Assembly (NCBI GenBank): GCA_051294375.1
Contig: CM119267.1
Span: 1,460,268 to 1,524,267, forward strand
Source: Paraspadella gotoi
Lineage: Eukaryota; Animalia; Chaetognatha
Direction of reading: 5' to 3'
Length of the DNA stretch: 64,000 nt
Made by a program: the position numbers and the translations under genes
Shown: piece by piece, positions 38,680 through 48,579 of the stretch
Layout of the letters: each line of letters begins with the position of its first letter
How positions within the stretch are numbered: the first letter of the stretch is position 1
Notes under the pieces: generated by a model
Told to the model about the DNA's origin: nothing
What the model saw: only the letters and a program-made list of their open reading frames with translations
Databases searched by the model: none

Positions 38680-38767
38680 GAGGACGGCCGTAAGCCGCCT
38701 TGGGGGCGTGGAAAACCCTCAAGCCTGGTTCCAAGCCCAGGACCCTTTCCTTGGCTGCTTAAGGGGG
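38680..38767 (+). ncRNA. Twister-ribozyme-like motif inside the LTR; also at ~42263-42348 (-) and ~42666-42752 (-)
   Basis: UAA-GCC-GC-[P3 CUUGGGGG...CCCUCAAG]-[P4 CCUGG-UUCCAAGC-CCAGG]. The loop matches twister L4 (U-YYY-AAGC); its GC can pair with the GC preceding P3 (T2), and its UCC can pair with GAGGA just upstream or GAGGG downstream (T1). P1/P2 cannot be assigned cleanly by eye. Confidence 0.5.
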
Positions 38768-39034
38768 TTATAGAAGTTATGGATAGTCATCTTCAGCCCA
38801 NNNNNNNNNNNNNNNNNNNNNNNNNNNNNNNNNNNNNNNNNNNNNNNNNNNNNNNNNNNNNNNNNNNNNNNNNNNNNNNNNNNNNNNNNNNNNNNNNNNN
38901 NNNNNNNNNNNNNNNNNNNNNNNNNNNNNNNNNNNNNNNNNNNNNNNNNNNNNNNNNNNNNNNNNNNNNNNNNNNNNNNNNNNNNNNNNNNNNNNNNNNN
39001 NNNNNNNNNNNNNNNNNNNNNNNNNNNNNNNNNN

Positions 39035-39268
39035 AATCGGGTGACCAATCGGTGATTGAATCTTGTGAGGGTCATATTTAATCGGGTGACCAATCGGTGA
39101 TTGAACCTTGTGAAGGTCAGATTTAATCGGGTGACCAATCGGTGATTGAATCTTGTGAGGGTCTGATTTAATCGGGTGACCAATCGGTGATTGAATCTTG
39201 TGAGGGTCAGATTTAATCGGGTGACCAATCGGTGATTGAATCTTGTGAAGGTCAGATTTAATCGGGTG
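39035..39268. repeat. 45-bp minisatellite (AATCGGGTGACCAATCGGTGATTGAATCTTGTGAGGGTCAGATTT), 5+ units
   Basis: Direct tandem copies running out of the N-gap. Confidence 0.92.
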
Positions 39269-39423
39269 AGGCTGATCGAAACTCGAGTTAAGTGGAGGCG
39301 AAAAAGTCGATTAGTCCAACGAAGCGAAAGAAAAAGAAAACAAAAGGACAAAAGAATAACAACAAGAAGATTGGAAAACAACAACGACAAAAACTGAACA
39401 TATTGGACGTTGGAGGAAGGAAA

Positions 39424-39459
<36 letters not shown>

Positions 39460-39540
39460 CCTTTAAGACCAAATGGTTGTCTCTCGTAAAAGATATATCG
39501 TATTTGTTTATGTTTTTCCCCCTTTTTTCCTTTTTTGATA

Positions 39541-39618
<78 letters not shown>

Positions 39619-39806
39619 CACATTTTTACGTTAGTCTCTGGAAAAAACCAAGAATTTTGTTCTAAGACTTAATGTTGCGTTAAAGATTTTATTTCTAGTT
39701 TTCTAACAAACTTAAAACTCTCTCTCTCTCTCTGTCTCTCTTTCTCTCTCATCCTTCTCTATTCCACTTCCTTCTCTCCATCTCTCCCCCCCTCTCTTTT
39801 GCCCAG

Positions 39807-39985
39807 GCAAATATGTGGCTCAACTCTGACAAAGTCCTGACCATCAACCGGGATCTACTTGGGTCCTCTGACCACACCAAATTCGTCGCTCTGCCCAGCG
39901 CGGGTGGTCCTAACCGAAATCTCTCCTCGACTGGATTCGATCTTAAGATTCGTTCTGTTCAATTCGCCGACGCCAGCGTCTACAA
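39807..39985 (+). CDS. Ig-superfamily gene, exon 2 (core of V-type Ig domain)
   Basis: Long pyrimidine tract + CCCAG acceptor; open frame ANMWLNSDKVLTINRDLLGSSDHTKFVALPSAGGPNRNLSSTGFDLKIRSVQFADASVY with C-strand W, E-strand F-x-L-x-I and D-A-x-x-Y motif; donor AA|GTGAGT (phase 2). The ORF track misses this frame. Confidence 0.9.
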
Positions 39986-40539
39986 GTGAGTCGCGTGTTG
40001 GAGTGAAACACCCTGTAACAGAGATGGGGTGGGGTCGGGGGGAAATACCCTGTAAAACGAAGAATTTACTAAACCCGATATAATATGATATAAAATTCCT
40101 GAAAAATAAAACGATTTTTGGTTGTTTTTCACAAAAATAGAAAGAACATTAATAAAAAGAACATTAATAAAAAGAACATTAACAGCTAACAGGCGTTGTC
40201 GCTATAAAGTAACAGGCGTGGGTGAGAAGCAGGCGGAAGACGAATCACATGGAAACGAATTGAGAGAAGTCAATGATGGTGGGAGTGTTGAGATTCAGGC
40301 GCAAAAAATGTTCAGATTCAGGCGAAAAAATCTTAAAAGAATAGTGATCTCGCCAGACGAGAGGAGGAAATAAAGAATAAAAAAAGAAAGACAAAAAATT
40401 GATGCGATGATAACCAAATGATTGATGCGATGATAGTCATTCATTGTTGTGATGATAATCATTCATTGATGCAATGATAGTCATTCATTGACGCGATGAA
40501 TCATTCATCGTAATAAAACGAACAAATGCGTGTATGAGT

Positions 40540-40573
<34 letters not shown>

Positions 40574-41218
40574 AAGAAAGAGAGGAAGAAAGAGAAAAAG
40601 AGAAGTCCAACTTATTGAATTTCTTAATCATATTTACATATTGCAGTATTAAATCTAAATGTATCTATTTTCATTTTAGATCTTAATATTAGTTCTGTTT
40701 TATAGTTTTCCAGTAGCTAAATATAATCTTTAGCAATGCTAATGATTAATATGAGTTATAGTAATATTTTATTTTTAATTAATAATAATACTCTGACATT
40801 TTATTACATAAAGAGTTAACTTGCTCATATTTATTTGTTCAGAAGTTTAACCATTATTCAGCATTGGTTTGGTTTTGGTTTGGTTGTTCTCCTTATCAGA
40901 GCTCAATCAGACTAAGGTTAACATCCTTAACTGTTAATCATTAATCGTGCTGAATTGTGCTTACGGTTTAAGCATAATATAATAAATGTTTATAAACAGT
41001 ATTTAATTATGTTTTATTTTTTTTAATTCAGGCAAAGCGAATTTGCTATACACAAATTAAAAACTTAGTTTATATAGTAATGATGCCAAGTCAAAACAAA
41101 TTCTTTCAAGTAAGATATTAATAAAATTAATTAAACTTCTTACACTGAACATCTTAAAATATATTTATCTTCTAAGAATATACCCTCTTATACAAGCGCT
41201 ACAAAGCTGAACTCGTTT

Positions 41219-42015
41219 TTAGTCGGATCTGCTTTCAGCAGATCCCGAATCTATAATTCACTTTGTCGGTCCGTCGGTCCACCCCCTCAATGTTGTCGGG
41301 CACTCACTTATAACATGTCCGTCCATCTTTCTGTTTGTCCGTCCGTCCGTCCGTCCATCCGTCCATCCGACCTTAGCAAAAAACACCAATTACTAGTGAT
41401 TGGATGGATGGATTGGAATAAAATTTTGTGTGTGGGTGGGGAAGTGTGTGATTGAGCTGTATATGAAGTTTTGATGGAATCGTCCGAGTGGAAATGAGTT
41501 TAAATGGAAAAAAAAAATTTTTACTATTTGAACACCAATTACTCATGAATGGATAGGGCGATTGACTTGAAATTTTGTATTTGGGTAGAAAAGTGTGTGA
41601 TTAAACTGGAAATCAAGTTTCGATGCAATCATTTGAGTGGAAATGAGTTTAAATGGAAAAAACAAAGAACTATTTCACTAATTAATTATGCTTCTTTTTC
41701 TTTTTATCTGAATTGTAAATGCAAGATGTATTAATTAATCTAATAACTAATCAGTTAATTAATCAACTAGTCAATTAATTAATCAATAATTAACTAATCA
41801 GTCAATTAATCAATCAAAACAAACATTTTGGATCAAATTAATTAATTAATTGCCTAATTAATTAAATAATTAACTTGAATAAATTAATTATTAATTATTA
41901 ATTAATTAAATAATTAATTAACTTGAATTAATTATCAATTAATTATTAATTAATTAATTAATTAATTACCGATAATAATCGTGGGCAGATCCGACATTGT
42001 TTGCTCAAACTTGTT
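41219..42015 (+). mobile_element. Non-autonomous Helentron (HINE/DINE-1-like), complete copy
   Basis: 5' TTAGTCGGATCTGC-TTTCA-GCAGATCC (subTIR + palindrome), (GTCC/GTCT)n microsatellite, two ~130-bp internal tandem repeats, 3' GCAGATCCGAC subTIR + hairpin GTTTG-CT-CAAAC + TTGTT end; inserted in T-runs with no TSD. Confidence 0.8.
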
Positions 42016-42211
42016 TTTACTTAACATATATATATAATTTAAAGAAAGATAAAAAAATGTGACAACCGTTTACAATTGGAAATATTTACAATTTTTAAAA
42101 GTTGTAAAAGTGTGTATTTTTCCTCATATTAAAATTAAGATATAAATTTCAATCAAAAAGGTCTTTTAAATTATTCATTCAAATATTTTTTTTATGAATT
42201 TTCTCTTCAAT

Positions 42212-42898
42212 TGTGGATAAGGCGCTAAGTGGGCTGAAGATGACTATCCGTAACTTCTATAAACCCTCTGCAGACATGGAACGGGTCCTGGGCTTGGAAC
42301 CAGGCTTGAGGGTTTGCCACGCCCCCAAGGCGGCTTACGGCCGTCCTCACTCTTCCCGCAGGGTAGGTACCAGGTTGGGATTGAACCCGGTACCTAGTGG
42401 TCATGAGCTGATGGCTTTACTCAATGAGCCACCGGGTCACAACTGAAAGAGTCATGCTTATAGGCGGGGTGAACCTAGGCAATGCCCGACTACATGCCCC
42501 CCAGATTGTAACCCACCCTGCACTGCTTCCAGTGGAGGGAGGGGAGCAATCTTCGGCACGTCCATGGGCCTGGAATCAGAAGGTGGAATACGCTCGACAG
42601 GATGGGCTCACCAGTGTGGATAAGGCGCTAAGTGGGCTGAAGATGACTATCCGTAACTTCTATAACCCCTCTAGCAGACATGGAACGGGTCCTGGGCTTG
42701 GAACCAGGCTTGAGGGTTTGCCACGCCCCCAAGGCGGCTTACGGCCGTCCTCACTCTTCCCGCAGGGTAGGTACCAGGTTGGGATTGAACCCGGTACCTA
42801 GTGGTCATGAGCTGATGGCTTTACTCAATGAGCCACCGGGTCACAACTGAAGAGGCATGGCTTATAGGCGGGGTGAACCTAGGCAATGCCCGACTACA
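42212..42898 (-). mobile_element. Complete TRIM-like non-autonomous LTR retroelement (687 bp)
   Basis: Two near-identical direct repeats, 42212-42494 and 42615-42898, each with TGT...ACA ends; 120-bp non-coding interior; flanked by 4-bp TSD CAAT (42208-42211 / 42899-42902). On the minus strand a PBS-like TGGTGAGCCCAT lies 1 nt after the 5' LTR and a G-rich PPT-like GGGGGGCA abuts the 3' LTR. Confidence 0.9.
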
Positions 42899-43334
42899 CA
42901 ATAAGATTTACTGCAATATGCAAATTAGATTATAGTACTTTAAATACTAATTTTTATATTTATAGAATATAATTTGCATGTTGCAGTAAATAATAATGCA
43001 AAAGAAATTCAAACAAAAAATACTTGATTCCATATGAAACATGACAATTGCAAAGATCTTAAAAATGAGAAGCCATATCTAAATTTTTAACTTACTCATG
43101 ATCGCACACTTTTATAAAAATCCATCGTAATTCTTAGTAGTTTTTATTAAAAAAAAAAAAAAACTATATAAAAAAAGCATGACGACGACGATGATGTCGT
43201 AATTCTTAGTAGTTTTTATTAAAAAAAAATTAAAAAAAACTATATAAAAAAAAGCATGACGACGACGATGATGTCACAAAGAAGCTGAGCCTTTGCTTAA
43301 TCTCTCCAAGATGGGCTTTGGCACGTCTGGCGAA

Positions 43335-43947
43335 TCAACTGGCATAATTTGGTCAACTGGCATAATTTGGTCAATTGGCATAATTTGGTCAGCTGGCATA
43401 ATTTGGTCAACTGGCATAGTTTAGTCTTCTTGCATAATTTGGTCAACTGACATAATTTGGTCCACTGACATAATTTTGTCCACTGGCATAATTTGGTCAA
43501 CTGGCACAATTTGCTCAATTGGCATAATTTGGTAAACTTGCATAATTTGTTCAACTGACATAATTTGGTCAACTGGCATAATTTGGTCAACTAGCATAAT
43601 ATGGTCAATTGGCATAATTTGGTCAATTGGCATAATTTGGTCAACTGGCATATTTTGGTCAACTTGCATAATTTGCTCAACTGGCATAATTTGGTCTATT
43701 GGCATAATTTTGTCAACTGACATAATTTGGTCAACTGGCATAATTTGGTCAACTAGCATAATTTACTCAATTGGCATAATTTGGTCAATTGGCATAATTT
43801 GTCAACTGGTATAATTTGGTCAACTGGCATAATTTGGTCAACTGGCATAATTTGGTCAACTGGCATAATTTGGTCTATTGGCATAATTTTGTCAACTGGT
43901 ATAATTTGGTCAACTGGCATAATTTGGTCAACTGGCATAATTTGGTC
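43335..43947. repeat. 18-bp minisatellite (CAACTGGCATAATTTGGT)n, ~34 units
   Basis: Clear 18-bp periodicity; the source of the spurious TKLCQL/VDQIMP ORFs. Confidence 0.95.
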
Positions 43948-44039
43948 AATCAATCAATCAATCAATCAATCAGAGAGAGATAGAGAGAAGGAAACTTTTA
44001 AAAATTCTAATGTGTCTTTTGGTTTTTTATTTTAAACTC

Positions 44040-44530
44040 TTTTCCACCTTTACGATTCCATAAAAAATGAATATCCAGCTTAATCACATAAAATTTCACA
44101 CACAAAATTTCATTTCAATTTATTTATCCAATTTTTAATAAATGTAATAATTCTGAGTACATTTAAATGAAAATACTTAATAATTAATAATTATGACTTT
44201 TGTTATTTCCATTTAATCTCATTTCCACTCGGACGATTCCATCGAAACTTTATATCCAGCTCAATCACACACTTACCTACCCACACACATAATTTCATTC
44301 CAATCCATCCATCCAAACACGAGTAATTAGAGTTTAATGAAAAGGTGAGACGGACCTTCAGACAGACAGACAGACGGATGGACGGACATAATTTTTTTGG
44401 CATAATTTATCATTATTCGATGATCTGACATGATTTAAGTGAGTGCCCGACAAGATTTAGGGGGGAGGGACCGACGGACCGACAAAGTGGATTATAGAGT
44501 CAGAATCTGCTGATGAACAAATCCGACTAA
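44040..44530 (-). mobile_element. HINE/DINE-1-like element, 5' half
   Basis: ...AAATCCGACTAAAA 5' terminus on the minus strand, (GACA/GACG)n and ~130-bp repeats; the left boundary is uncertain and may extend through the 18-bp array. Confidence 0.65.
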
Positions 44531-45058
44531 AAGTAAAAAGTTGAAAACTCAAATCGTCTGAGCAATTTTTTTTCTTTTTCTTTTTATTCTTTTTTTTCTT
44601 TTTCTTTTTTTTTCGCAGTTTCCTGCTCGTTTGCATTTTTTGAGTCGCGAGAAAATCGTCTTCGCAGTTTAAGAGAAGAAGGGGAGATGATAGAGAGGAA
44701 AAAACAAGAAGAAGGGGAGATGATAGAAAGGAAAAGGAAAGAAAAGAAAGGGAGATGATAGAGAGGAAAAGGAAAGATAAGAAGGGGAGATAATAGAGAG
44801 GAAAAGGAAAGAGAAGAATGGGAGCTGATAGATAAAAAATGGAAAGAGAAGAAGGGGAGATGATAGAGAGGAAAAGGAAACCGCAGCCCCGCCGCAGCCG
44901 CGGTAGGAAGGGTAACGGAGGTGGTAGGAATTTTTCCGTGGTCGGATGTGAAACTGATGGTCTGTGCGCCGCCACCGCCGCCGCCACCTCTGCCGCCACC
45001 ACTGCCGCCAACACAGCCGCCACTGTCGCCCTTGACGACAAGCTTCTAAGCTACTCAA

Positions 45059-45638
45059 TAAGGCGTAGTAAAATTCCTAAATTCAACTTTAATTGAAATT
45101 CTAAAGTGAGGAACGAACAACATTATACTAATGAACTTTATGTAATAAAAAATTTAGAATAAATTTTACAATTTACGCAGTAGGCCATATTTATACTAGT
45201 ACTAAACCAATAAATGTTAAAATTTCAAAAGTTTTTTCTAAGATTTTTTTGCAGATTTGGATTCATCATAAAAAGTTGATAAAAAGAAATATAACTCTTT
45301 TTGACAAATTCCTTTATTAAGTGGGTCAAAAATTTAAAAAATCTATATTTTAAGCTGAAAATTAACTTTTTATATATTAAATATAGTTTTTTTTAATTTT
45401 TAACCCACTTAATGAAAGAATTTTTAAAAATAATTATATTTTCTTTATCACTTTTGACGAGGAATTCAAATCTGCAATCAAAATTAAGAAAAGCCTATTG
45501 TGATTTTTTTTATTTTATAGCCTACTGCGAAAATTAAAAAACATAAAATTAATTTTTTTTACAAATTAATGTTCACTGATTGTATGTTGTTCATAATTGA
45601 CTTTTAGAATTTTCGTATGAACTTTTCACTACGCCTTA
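45059..45638. mobile_element. Second copy of the hAT-type MITE
   Basis: Same TIRs and interior as 34827-35425; TSD CTACTCAA / CTACTCAT (7 of 8 match). Confidence 0.9.
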
Positions 45639-45959
45639 CTACTCATATCTCTGTCCATGGTTTCACTAATTCACCTTTGACCTTTCATGTGATTTTCGGC
45701 TTCGTTCATTATCGACCACAATTGTCTTCAGATCTCGGGATTCGGTTCTGACATCACAGTGACGCGCTCTGTGACACTCTGATGTCACTCCTTTCTTCTT
45801 CACCTCATTGCCTCCCCTTCACTGCCAGCTGCCACCCCTGTACCCTTTTTCCTCCAAACATCGGAATTGCTCCCAAAACAAAAGTCACGTGACTTCCTGG
45901 TTTGACTTACTTAACCCGTTGGCTTCGATTCTCACCGAATGCCAATTCCACCTCCCTCT

Positions 45960-46012
<53 letters not shown>

Positions 46013-46177
46013 GTCGGGTTCGGGGTCAAAAAGTTCAAATGTTTTAAAGGAACATTACCAAATACGTACAATTTTAAATTTTGTTTTTACGTCCAACGTA
46101 TTCTTAATGAAAGACCCTATAAGCCGCTTAATCGCGAGCTCAGGTCCGTTGTTGTATCATTTATCATTTATCATTTA

Positions 46178-46213
<36 letters not shown>

Positions 46214-46405
46214 AACTCTCTCCCTCTCTCTCTCTCTTTTTTTCTCTTCCTTCGAAAAAAACTTTTCCCTCTAAGTATTTGGTTTTTTTGTCCGAATGGT
46301 TTTCCAACGAGTCTTTCTTTATTCTCATTTACTATTTCCTTTCTTTTCCTTTTTTTCTCCTTTTTTTCCCTTTTTCTTGCGTAGGTCTTTTCTCCGTCTA
46401 ATTTA

Positions 46406-46438
<33 letters not shown>

Positions 46439-46454
46439 CCTCTTTGTATTCTTT

Positions 46455-46790
46455 CCTTTTCCTCTCTATCATCTCCCCTTCTTCTCTTTCCTTTTCCTCT
46501 CTATCATCTCCCCTTCTTCTCTTTCCTTTTCCTTTCTATCATCTCCCCTTCTTCTCTTTCCTTTTCCTTCTATCATCTCCTCTTCTTCTCTTTCCCTTTC
46601 CTCTCTAACATCCCCATTCTTCTCTTTCCTTTCCTCTCTATCATCTCCCTTCTTCTCTTTTCTTTTCCTCTCTATCATCTCCCCTTCTACTCTTTCCTTT
46701 TCCTCTCTATCATCTCCCCTTCTTCTCNNNNNNNNNNNNNNNNNNNNNNNNNAAAGAGAAGAAGGGGAGATGATAGAGAGGAAAAGGAAA
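46455..46790. repeat. ~35-bp purine/pyrimidine minisatellite (also 44670-44880)
   Basis: AGAGAAGAAGGGGAGATGATAGAGAGGAAAAGGAA units; sits at the breakpoints of the inverted duplication. Confidence 0.8.
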
Positions 46791-46803
46791 GAATACAAAG
46801 AGG

Positions 46804-46836
<33 letters not shown>

Positions 46837-47263
46837 TAAATTAGACGGAGAAAAGACCTACGCCAAGAAAAAGGGAAAAAAAGGAGAAAAAAAGGAAAAA
46901 GAAAGGAAATAGTAAATGAGAATAAAGAAAGACTCGTTGGAAAACCATTCGGACAAAAAAAACCAAATACTTAGAGGAAAAGTTTTTTCGAAGGAAGAGA
47001 AAAAAAGAGAGAGAGAGAGGGAGAGAGTTAGAGAGAGAGAGAGGAGATTCTCACATGATGGAAGAGAGAGAAAGAGGAGAGAGAGAGAGAGAGAGATTAA
47101 ATGATAATGATAAATGATACAACAACGGACCTGAGCTCGCGATTAAGCGGCTTATAGGGTCTTTCATTAAAGACATACGTTGGACGTAAAAACAAAATTT
47201 AAAATTGTACGTATTTGGTAATGTTCCTTTAAAACATTTGAACTTTTTGACCCAGAACCCGAC

Positions 47264-47304
<41 letters not shown>

Positions 47305-47617
47305 TGGAATTGGCATTCGGTGAGAATCGAAGCCAACGGGTTAAGTAAGTCAAACCAGGAAGTCACGTGACTTTTGTTTTGGGAGCAATTCCGATGTTTG
47401 GGAGGAAAAAGGGTACAGGGGTGGCAGCTGGCAGTGAAGGGGAGGCAATGAGGTGAAGAAGAAAGGAGTGACATCAGAGTGTCACAGAGCGCGTCACTGT
47501 GATGTCAGAACCGAATCCCGAGATCTGAAGACAATTGTGGTCGATAATGAACGAAGCCGAAAATCACATGGAAAGGTCAAAGGTGAATTAGTGAAACCAT
47601 GACAGAGATATGAGTAG

Positions 47618-48202
47618 TAAGGCGTAGTGAAAGTTGCATACGAAAATTCTAAAAGTCAATTATGAACAACATACAATCAGTGAACATTAATTTGTAAAAA
47701 AAATTAATTTTATGTTTTTTAATTTTCGCAGTAGGCTATAAAATAAAAAAAATCACAATAGGCTTTTCTTAATTTTGATTGCAGATTTGAATTCCTCGTC
47801 AAAAGTTGATAAAAGAAAATATAAATTATTTTTAAAAATTCTTTCATTAAGTGGGTTAAAAATTAAAAAAACTATATTTAATATATAAAAAGTTAATTTT
47901 CAGCTTAAAATATAGATTTTTTAAATTTTTGACCCACTTAATAAAGGAATTTGTCAAAAAGAGTTATATTTCTTTTTATCAACTTTTTATGATGAATCCA
48001 AATCTGCAAAAAAATCTTAGAAAAAACTTTTGAAATTTTAACATTTATTGGTTTAGTACTAGTATAAATATGGCCTACTGCGTAAATTGTAAAATTTATT
48101 CTAAATTTTTTTATTACATAAATGTTCATTAGTATAATGTTGTTCGTTCCTCACTTTTAGAATTTCAATTAAAGTTGAATTTAGGAATTTTACTACGCCT
48201 TA
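47618..48202. mobile_element. hAT-type MITE, inverted re-copy of 45059-45638
   Basis: Reverse complement of 45059-45638 with the same flanks and the same TSD mismatch (ATGAGTAG / TTGAGTAG), so it is the same insertion event seen twice. Confidence 0.85.
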
Positions 48203-48579
48203 TTGAGTAGCTTAGAAGCTTGTCGTCAAGGGGCGACAGTGGCGGCTGTGTTGGCGGCAGTGGTGGCGGCAGAGGTGGCGGCGGCGGTGGCGGCGCACAG
48301 ACCATCAGTTTCACATCCGACCACGGAAAAATTCCTACCACCTCCGTTACCCTTCCTACCGCGGCTGCGGCGGGGGCTGCGGCGCCGGCGGCAGAGAGAA
48401 GTCCCGAATTTTCCGTTAGTGGATGCAGCAGCGAAAATTGAAGGCCGGCGGGCGTCGTTAACGCCAGATGGAAATGGCAAATGGCATTGCAAATGGCATA
48501 GCAAATGGCATATTATAGCATAATGGACTGACATGGCGTAATGGCGAAGGCAACGACAAACAACTACGGAGTCTCTGTG

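Larger units (their letters stand above)
38545..38800 (+). mobile_element. Third LTR copy of the same TRIM family (solo LTR or element truncated by an N-gap), in intron 1 of the Ig gene
   Basis: Begins TGTAGTCGGGCATTGCC and is colinear with the reverse complement of 42212-42494 up to the gap at 38801; several substitutions and a ~11-bp deletion relative to the 42-kb LTRs. Confidence 0.88.
44881..48382. repeat. ~1.65-kb inverted duplication (44881-~46530 vs 46753-48382) around a 25-N gap; probable assembly artefact
   Basis: The arms are reverse complements differing mainly by single-base indels; N25 at 46728-46752. Confidence 0.85.

Noticed and set aside
39035-39268. CRISPR-like array (also considered for the 18-bp and 24-bp arrays)
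   Set aside because: Head-to-tail repeats without unique spacers, no cas genes, eukaryotic context.
42236-42460. Hammerhead ribozyme in the LTR (CTGAAGA and CTGATGG...GAAA on the plus strand)
   Set aside because: No stem II closed by GAAA follows CUGAAGA, and the second motif lacks the conserved A; stems I and III cannot be formed.
42213-42801. Short ORFs within the TRIM (77 and 125 aa)
   Set aside because: They are antisense to the element's PBS/PPT orientation, show no gag/pol motifs, and the frames differ between the two LTRs.
44881-48382. Real foldback element or palindromic gene duplication
   Set aside because: It lies around a 25-N gap, the arms differ by read-type indels and share the same MITE TSD mismatch; most simply one locus assembled twice.
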